A stretch of DNA of 33,126 nucleotides from sequence record DRR378314_1453; one strand, 5' to 3'. Each line of letters starts with the position of its first letter. Positions within the stretch are counted from its first letter, which is position 1. The translations under genes were made by a program, and so were the position numbers. The notes under the pieces were generated by a model that saw only the letters and a list, made by a program, of their open reading frames with translations, ran no database searches and was not told the DNA's origin. Below are positions 27,129 to 33,126 of this stretch, one piece after another.

Positions 27129-28643
27129 ATGGCACGTAACCTTTCACCGAGGCTTAAAAGCGCCCTTACCTGGCTTGTCATGCCCGTGGTCTGGGCCGAC
27201 GCAATTCTTACCTGGGCCCTGGCCCGGCTCGCCGGCATCGTCACCTACCCGCTACGCCTGCTCGGCCGCCCTCTGAGAACATTGACCGCCGTGGCGAGCA
27301 AAGGTTCCAGCGGCGGCACTGCCCTGCCCGAGGCGCGGATCATCCCCCGGGACCAGCATCCGATCTCCCGCAAGCAGATCTCCAGAGCGGCGCTGAATGT
27401 GCTGTATGGGTTGCACGAGCAGGGTTTTCAAGCCTTTCTGGTGGGCGGCTGCCTGCGCGACCTGCTGTGCGGCCGCGAGCCCAAGGACTTCGACGTGGTC
27501 ACCGACGCCACGCCGGAGCAGGTCCAGCGCCTGTTCAAGCGCAGCCGTATCATCGGCCGCCGCTTCCAGATCGTGCATGTGCGTTTCGGCCGCGAAGTGA
27601 TCGAAGTCTCCACGTTCCGCGCCTTTCAACGGGACGACCAGGAGCTCGACCGCGACCAGCACTCCGCCCACGAGGAGACCGGGCTGGTACTGCGCGACAA
27701 CACCTGGGGCAGCATCGAGGAAGACGCCCTGCGGCGCGACTTCACCATCAATGCGCTCTACTACAATATCGCCGACTTCGCGCTGTACGACTTCGTCGGC
27801 AGCCGGCGCGCCATCGAGCGCGGCGAGATCAGCCTGATCGGCGATCCCGAACAGCGCTACCGGGAAGACCCGGTGCGCATGCTGCGCGCCGCCCGCTTCG
27901 CCGCCAAGCTGGGCTTCCGGCTGGACCAGAAGGCAAGCCGCAAGATTCCCGAACTGGCCGAGCTGCTGCTGCAGGTGCCGCCGGCGCGGCTGTTCGACGA
28001 GGTGCTGAAACTGTTCCTCAGCGGCCACGCCCGCGCCTCCATGCAGCAACTGCAGGACCTGGGCCTGTTCCATTTCCTGTTCCCGGAAACCGACCGCAGC
28101 CTGAAGGGCCCCCAGGGCAAGGTCTGGGAGAAGCTGATCCTGGCCGCCATGGACAACACCGACCGGCGGCTGGCGCAGGATAAACCGGTGACGCCGGCGT
28201 TCATCTTCGCCGTACTGTTGTGGCCGGTGACCGTGGCGCGCCTGGAAAAGCTGCGCGCCGACGGCATGCCGCCGGCTCCGGCCCTGCACAAGGCCGCCGG
28301 CTGGGCCCTGAACCAGCAGGTTCAGCACACCGCCATTCCGCGCCGCTTCTCCACCGTGATGCGGGAAATGTGGGACCTGCAGGACCGGCTGCCACGCCGT
28401 GGCGGCCGCCGCGCCGAGGCGCTGGTGCAGCATCCCCGTTTCCGGGCCGCCTACGATTTCCTGCTGCTGCGCGAGCAGGCCGGTGAACTGCCCGCCGGCC
28501 TGGGTGACTGGTGGACACGCTACCAGGACGCCGACGAGGACCAGCGCGAAGCGATGGTGCAGGCGCTCGGCCCCAACCAGGGCGCCAGCGGCGGTGGCAA
28601 GCGCCGCCGGCGCCGGCGCAAACCCGCCAACAGCCAGGGCTGA
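27129..28643 (+). CDS. pcnB: poly(A) polymerase I
   Basis: VGGCLRD, PKDFDVVT, IIGRRFQIVHV (PAP signature), RRDFTINAL, EDPVRMLR, HPRFRAAYDFL, basic C-terminal tail. Start uncertain. Confidence 0.95.
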   Translation: MARNLSPRLKSALTWLVMPVVWADAILTWALARLAGIVTYPLRLLGRPLRTLTAVASKGSSGGTALPEARIIPRDQHPISRKQISRAALNVLYGLHEQGFQAFLVGGCLRDLLCGREPKDFDVVTDATPEQVQRLFKRSRIIGRRFQIVHVRFGREVIEVSTFRAFQRDDQELDRDQHSAHEETGLVLRDNTWGSIEEDALRRDFTINALYYNIADFALYDFVGSRRAIERGEISLIGDPEQRYREDPVRMLRAARFAAKLGFRLDQKASRKIPELAELLLQVPPARLFDEVLKLFLSGHARASMQQLQDLGLFHFLFPETDRSLKGPQGKVWEKLILAAMDNTDRRLAQDKPVTPAFIFAVLLWPVTVARLEKLRADGMPPAPALHKAAGWALNQQVQHTAIPRRFSTVMREMWDLQDRLPRRGGRRAEALVQHPRFRAAYDFLLLREQAGELPAGLGDWWTRYQDADEDQREAMVQALGPNQGASGGGKRRRRRRKPANSQG

Positions 28644-28649
28644 ACAGGC

Positions 28650-29159
28650 ATGGTGGTGATCGGGCTGGGCGGCAATCTGGCGGATCCCCGCCGGCGACTG
28701 TGCCGGACCCTGGAGGCGCTGGCCGCCTTGCCCGACACCCGGCTGGTGGGCCATTCCGATCTCTACGCCAGCGCCCCGGTGGGGCCCCAGGACCAGCCCG
28801 ACTTCATCAACGCGGTGGCGGCCCTGGAAACCACGCTGGCCCCGCTGGCCCTGCTGGACGCCTTGCAGCAGCTGGAAAACGCCGCCGGCCGCGAGCGGCA
28901 CCGGCGTTGGGGCGAGCGCACCCTGGATCTGGACATCCTGTTATGGGACCAGCGGACCCTCGACCTGCCCCGCCTCACCGTCCCCCACCCCGAGCTCACG
29001 CGGCGCGCCTTCGTGATCGGCCCGCTGGTCGACCTGCTGCCCGATTGCCGCTTGCCGGACGGCACCCCGGTGGCCGACTATTGGCCTGCGGTCGCCGCCC
29101 AGCCACTGCAGCGCCTGCACTGCCTGGAGGAGAACCACTTTGCTGACCGAACGCATTAA
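28650..29159 (+). CDS. folK: 2-amino-4-hydroxy-6-hydroxymethyldihydropteridine diphosphokinase
   Basis: IGLGGNL, QPDFINAV, RWGERTLDLDIL, PHPEL..RAFV. Confidence 0.95.
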   Translation: MVVIGLGGNLADPRRRLCRTLEALAALPDTRLVGHSDLYASAPVGPQDQPDFINAVAALETTLAPLALLDALQQLENAAGRERHRRWGERTLDLDILLWDQRTLDLPRLTVPHPELTRRAFVIGPLVDLLPDCRLPDGTPVADYWPAVAAQPLQRLHCLEENHFADRTH

Positions 29160-29817
29160 CCGTCTGCGCGACAACGGCGAACTGCCCCGTTTCATCGCCG
29201 TGGAAGGCCCCATCGGCGCCGGCAAAACTACCCTGGCCCAGCGTCTGGCGGACACCTTCGGCTTCGACACCCTGTTCGAGCGCGCCGACGACAACCCGTT
29301 TCTGACCCGCTTCTATCAGGACCCGGCCCGCTTCGCCCTGCAGACCGAACTGTTTTTCCTGTTTCAGCGCGCCGACCAGCTGCGCGGGCTGCGCCAGCAG
29401 GACCTGTTTTCCGGCCCGCGGGTGGCGGATTTCCTGGTCGACAAGAACCGCCTGTTCGCCGAGGTGAATCTCGACGAGGACGAGTTCGCCCTCTACGACA
29501 ACGTCTACCAGCACATGCTGATCGACGCCCCGGCGCCGGACCTGGTGATCTACCTGCAGGCGCCCACGCCGGTTCTGCGCCAGCGGGTGCTGAAACGGGG
29601 CAACGCCTTCGAGCAACGCATCGACCCGGACTACCTGGACCGCCTCAACGACGCCTACACCCGCTTTTTCCACTTCTACGACCGGGCCCCGCTGCTGATC
29701 GTCAACGCGGCGGAAATCGACCTGGCCAGCGGTGACGCGGACTACCAGCAACTGGTGGCCGAGTTGCTGGACATCCGCACCGGGCGCCACTATTTTAACC
29801 CCCGGCCGCTGGTCTAA
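29140..29817 (+). CDS. deoxynucleoside kinase
   Basis: [33 protein letters not shown] start after GGAGGAG. Confidence 0.9.
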   Translation: MLTERINRLRDNGELPRFIAVEGPIGAGKTTLAQRLADTFGFDTLFERADDNPFLTRFYQDPARFALQTELFFLFQRADQLRGLRQQDLFSGPRVADFLVDKNRLFAEVNLDEDEFALYDNVYQHMLIDAPAPDLVIYLQAPTPVLRQRVLKRGNAFEQRIDPDYLDRLNDAYTRFFHFYDRAPLLIVNAAEIDLASGDADYQQLVAELLDIRTGRHYFNPRPLV

Positions 29818-29843
29818 ACGCAGTTTCCCGGGGGAAAACACCC

Positions 29844-30632
29844 ATGCCCGTTACCATCCGCACTCTCAACAAGCGCAAGCAGGACGGCGAGAAGTTCTCC
29901 ATGCTCACCGCCTACGACGCCACCTTCGCGCGTCTGATCAGCGAAGCGGGCGTGGACGCCGTCCTGATCGGCGATTCCCTGGGCAACGTGATCCAGGGCC
30001 GTGACAGCACCGTGCCGGTGACCCTGGACGACATGGTCTACCACACCCGGTGCGTGGCCCGCGGCAACCAGGGCAGCCTGGTGCTGGCCGATGTGCCCTT
30101 CCTGGGCGCCGCCACGCTGGAGCGCATTCTCGAGGCCAGCGGCGCGCTGATGCAGGCCGGCGCCAACATGGTCAAGCTGGAAGGCGGCGCCTGGCTGGCC
30201 GAAGCGGTCACCGTGCTCAAGCGCAACGGCGTCCCGGCCTGCGTGCATCTGGGCCTGACCCCGCAGGCGGTCAACGCCTTCGGCGGCTACCGGGTCCAGG
30301 GCAAGGACGAGCAGGGCGCCCGCGAGCTGCTGGAGGCCGCCGTCGCCCTGGAAAAGGCCGGCGCCGCCATGCTGCTGCTGGAGTGCGTGCCGCGCGCCCT
30401 GAGCGCGGAAATCACCGCCGCCGTGAACATCCCGGTGACCGGTATCGGCGCCGCCCCGGAGTGCGACGGCCAGGTGCTGGTGATGCACGACATGCTCGGG
30501 CTCAATGCCAGCCCGGCGCGCTTCGTGAAGGACTTCATGGCGGAGGCCGGCGGCGATGTGGCCGCGGCGTTCCGCGCCTACGACCGGGCCGTCAAGGACG
30601 GCCAGTTCCCCGCCGAACAGCACTGCTTCTGA
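29844..30632 (+). CDS. panB: 3-methyl-2-oxobutanoate hydroxymethyltransferase
   Basis: LTAYDA, LIGDSLG, VKLEGG, HLGLTPQ, GIGA...DGQVLV. Confidence 0.97.
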   Translation: MPVTIRTLNKRKQDGEKFSMLTAYDATFARLISEAGVDAVLIGDSLGNVIQGRDSTVPVTLDDMVYHTRCVARGNQGSLVLADVPFLGAATLERILEASGALMQAGANMVKLEGGAWLAEAVTVLKRNGVPACVHLGLTPQAVNAFGGYRVQGKDEQGARELLEAAVALEKAGAAMLLLECVPRALSAEITAAVNIPVTGIGAAPECDGQVLVMHDMLGLNASPARFVKDFMAEAGGDVAAAFRAYDRAVKDGQFPAEQHCF

Positions 30633-30637
30633 CCACC

Positions 30638-31498
30638 ATGGAATTGCTGCATACCGTCGCCGAGGTGCGCGAGCGCGTGCGCCAGTGGCGCCAGGCCGGA
30701 AAACGGGTGGGCTTCGTGCCCACCATGGGCAATCTGCACGAGGGCCACCTGAGCCTGGTGCGCGAGGCCCGGCGCCACAGCGACGAGGTGGTGGTGTCGA
30801 TTTTCGTCAACCCCACCCAGTTCGGCCCCAATGAGGACTTCGACGCCTACCCGCGCACCCTGGACGCGGACTGCGCCCAGCTGCGCGACGCCGGGGTGGC
30901 CATGGCGTTCGCCCCGCCGGTGGAGGAAATCTACCCGCTGGGGACCAACCAGACCTGGGTGGACGTGGACGCCCTGGGCGATTATCTGTGCGGCGCCGAC
31001 CGGCCCGGCCATTTCCGGGGCGTGACCACGGTAGTAAGCAAATTATTCAATATTGTTCAGCCTGATCTGGCGGTGTTCGGCGAGAAGGATTTCCAGCAAC
31101 TGGCGGTGATCCGCCGCATGGTGGCGGAATTGCTGATGCCGGTGCGCGTGATCGGCGCCGCCACCGACCGGGAGCCGGACGGCCTGGCGCGCAGCTCCCG
31201 GAACGGCTTTCTCACCGCCGAGGAGCGCACCAGAGCGCCGCTGCTCCAGCAGCACCTGCAGGAGGCGCGGCGCGCCATCGAGGCCGGCGAACGCGACTAC
31301 CGGGCCCTGGAACAGCGCCTGGCGGCGTCGCTCGCCGGGCACGGCTTTGATGTCGATTACGTGACCGTGGCCAACGCCGACAGCCTGGTCCCCGCCGGCC
31401 CCGGCGACCGCTCTTTGGTGGTCGCGGCGGCGGCGCGCCTGGGGCGCCCCAGATTGATCGACAATGTGACCGTGAAATTGGCTGAGACTGCCCTATAA
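30638..31498 (+). CDS. panC: pantoate--beta-alanine ligase
   Basis: FVPTMGNLHEGH, FVNPTQF, RPGHFRGV, FGEKDFQQ, RLIDN. Confidence 0.97.
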   Translation: MELLHTVAEVRERVRQWRQAGKRVGFVPTMGNLHEGHLSLVREARRHSDEVVVSIFVNPTQFGPNEDFDAYPRTLDADCAQLRDAGVAMAFAPPVEEIYPLGTNQTWVDVDALGDYLCGADRPGHFRGVTTVVSKLFNIVQPDLAVFGEKDFQQLAVIRRMVAELLMPVRVIGAATDREPDGLARSSRNGFLTAEERTRAPLLQQHLQEARRAIEAGERDYRALEQRLAASLAGHGFDVDYVTVANADSLVPAGPGDRSLVVAAAARLGRPRLIDNVTVKLAETAL

Positions 31499-31547
31499 TG
31501 CCGCTCTCAGCGTCGGCTCAGGGCACGGGGTGCCCCCCACCGGTTTA

Positions 31548-31576
31548 TTGTATGTGACCGGTGATTCATGCATACT
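31548..31576 (+). promoter_or_regulatory. putative sigma70 promoter for panD
   Basis: TTGTAT (31548-53), 17-bp spacer, CATACT (31571-76). A second TATAAT overlaps the panC stop (31494-99). Confidence 0.5.
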
Positions 31577-31640
31577 GCCGCCCCCCTGTCAGCGGCCGTT
31601 ATTCAGTGCCCGTGCAAGGGTTGTTTAGAGAGGTACCAAC

Positions 31641-32021
31641 ATGCAGTGCACCATGCTGAAAGCCAAGTTGCACCAGGCCCGCGTCACCCATGCGGAACTT
31701 GAGTACGAAGGCTCCTGCGCCATCGACGGCCGTCTTATGGACATGGCCGGCATCCTTGAATACGAGCAGATCCAGATTTACAACCTGGACAATGGCGAGC
31801 GCTTCGAAACCTACGCGATCCGCGGCGAAGAGGGTTCGAAGATGATTTCCGTGAACGGCGCCGCCGCCCACAAGGCGCAGCCCGGGCACCGCGTGATCAT
31901 CTGCGCCTACGCCAACTATTCCAGCTCCGAGCTGATCAATTATAAGCCCCGTCTGATTTACATGGACGAAGGCAACGAGGTTAAAGGGACCAGCAACGCT
32001 ATCCCGGTGCAGGTGGCCTGA
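31641..32021 (+). CDS. panD: aspartate 1-decarboxylase
   Basis: [20 protein letters not shown] autocleavage site, [23 protein letters not shown]. Confidence 0.97.
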   Translation: MQCTMLKAKLHQARVTHAELEYEGSCAIDGRLMDMAGILEYEQIQIYNLDNGERFETYAIRGEEGSKMISVNGAAAHKAQPGHRVIICAYANYSSSELINYKPRLIYMDEGNEVKGTSNAIPVQVA

Positions 32022-32044
32022 GCCGCCTGTACCACCTCGCCCTG

Positions 32045-32072
32045 AACGCCGGCCTCGAGCCGGCGTTTTTGT
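32045..32072 (+). terminator. rho-independent terminator after panD
   Basis: AACGCCGGC-CTCGA-GCCGGCGTT followed by TTTGT. Confidence 0.85.
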
Positions 32073-32319
32073 ATCCAGCCCCTTGATGCTACCCCCTCCC
32101 CGCGCGCGCATCTCTTCGCCTTTGGTAGTAGACGTCCCTTTCCCAGCGCCGCTAGCGGTACACTGTCCTCAATGGCATTTGATAAGCCGGTCTTTAGACA
32201 ATAGTTTAATTCCAGGCGTATCGCCGTTGGCACGATAATACGGCGCCGTATTACCCCCGCGGCTTCAGGGCGGGGCGGCCAGACAATAAACATCAGCGGG
32301 CAGTACGAAGGAGGCTGAC

Positions 32320-33126
32320 ATGTCCGAGCAAAAGATCTACCCGGTTCCGGAGGCGTTTAAACGCCAGACACTGATGGATCGGCAAACCTATGATCGCTGG
32401 TATCAGCAATCCATCGACGATCCCGATACGTTCTGGGCCGAGCGCGCGGACCAACTGCTCGACTGGCAGACCCGCTGGGACACGGTCAGCGACTGGGACT
32501 TCAAGGAAGGCCGCGCGGCCTGGTTCCAGGGCGGCAAGCTCAACGCCTGCTACAACTGCGTCGACCGCCACCTGCCCGAGCGCGCCCAGCAGACCGCGAT
32601 CATCTGGGAGGGCGACGAGCCCGACCAGGAAAAGCACATCACCTACCAGGAACTGTTCGAGCAGGTGTCGCGCTTCGCCAACGCCCTGAAGGACCGCGGC
32701 GTGAAAAAAGGCGACCGGGTGGTGATCTACATGCCGATGATCCCGGAAGCGGCCTACGCCATGCTGGCCTGCGCCCGCATCGGCGCGATTCACTCGGTGG
32801 TGTTCGGCGGCTTCTCGCCGGAAGCCCTCAAGGACCGCATCCAGAACGCCGGCGCCTGCGCCCTGATCACCGCCGACGAAGGCGTGCGCGGCGGCAAGGT
32901 GGTGGCACTGAAAGCCAACGCCGACAAGGCCCTGAGCGGCTGCGATTCGGTCCACACCTGCCTGGTGGTGGAACGCACCGGCGGCGATATCGACTGGGAC
33001 GACCAGCGTGACATCTGGTACCACGACGCGCTCGCCAAGGCGGACGCGAACTGCGAACCGGAATGGGTCGACAGCGAGGACCCGCTGTTCACCCTGTACA
33101 CCTCCGGCTCCACCGGCAAGCCCAAG
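32320..33126 (+). CDS. acs: acetyl-CoA synthetase (5' partial, runs off the window)
   Basis: AAGGAGG SD, ATG 32320; MSEQKIYPVP...LNACYNCVDRH...YMPMIPEA...ARIGAIHSVVFGGFS...LYTSGSTGKPK. Not in the ORF track because no stop lies in the window. Confidence 0.96.
   Translation, partial: MSEQKIYPVPEAFKRQTLMDRQTYDRWYQQSIDDPDTFWAERADQLLDWQTRWDTVSDWDFKEGRAAWFQGGKLNACYNCVDRHLPERAQQTAIIWEGDEPDQEKHITYQELFEQVSRFANALKDRGVKKGDRVVIYMPMIPEAAYAMLACARIGAIHSVVFGGFSPEALKDRIQNAGACALITADEGVRGGKVVALKANADKALSGCDSVHTCLVVERTGGDIDWDDQRDIWYHDALAKADANCEPEWVDSEDPLFTLYTSGSTGKPK

Noticed and set aside
26744-27139. 131-aa ORF (and antisense 26738..26941 ORF) across the cbrB-pcnB gap
   Set aside because: Lys/Asn/Thr bias comes from the A-rich RNA motifs, codon usage is unlike the neighbouring genes, and the frame crosses a strong terminator.
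32228-32245. TGGCAC sigma54-like elements upstream of acs (and at 27130)
   Set aside because: No GC at the required 10-bp spacing from GG in either case.

Overview
High-GC gammaproteobacterial core-genome segment. Gene order and protein style suggest an Alcanivorax/Pseudomonadales-like organism (inference). No mobile elements, CRISPR arrays or tRNAs were seen. The left edge holds the promoter and antitermination leader of an rRNA operon running out of the window on the minus strand. Then follow tyrS, a M23 peptidase with anmK, a PAP2 phosphatase (Pho box), erpA (IscR site), bactofilin, a DUF6776-like gene, argC, a ClC channel, hemJ-thiD-thiE-hemL, ybaK, an lpoP-like gene, mrcB, PfkB kinase-Rieske-srkA, sfsA, an aminotransferase, dksA-gluQ-cbrX-cbrA-cbrB, pcnB-folK-dNK-panB-panC-panD and the 5' part of acs. 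The most interesting element is an apparently rewired Cbr catabolite-repression module. An unannotated ~190-nt CrcZ-like A-rich sRNA lies between cbrB and pcnB, with CbrB-type TGTTAC/GTAACA sites and a perfect IHF site upstream. However, the CbrB homologue has lost the sigma54-contacting GAFTGA loop, and the sRNA promoter has no correctly spaced -24/-12 motif on its strand, only a sigma70-like one. Also notable are a DksA with a ~240-aa histone-H1-like Lys/Ala extension (and a possible internal start for a canonical-size DksA) and a 58-aa CbrX peptide absent from the ORF track.
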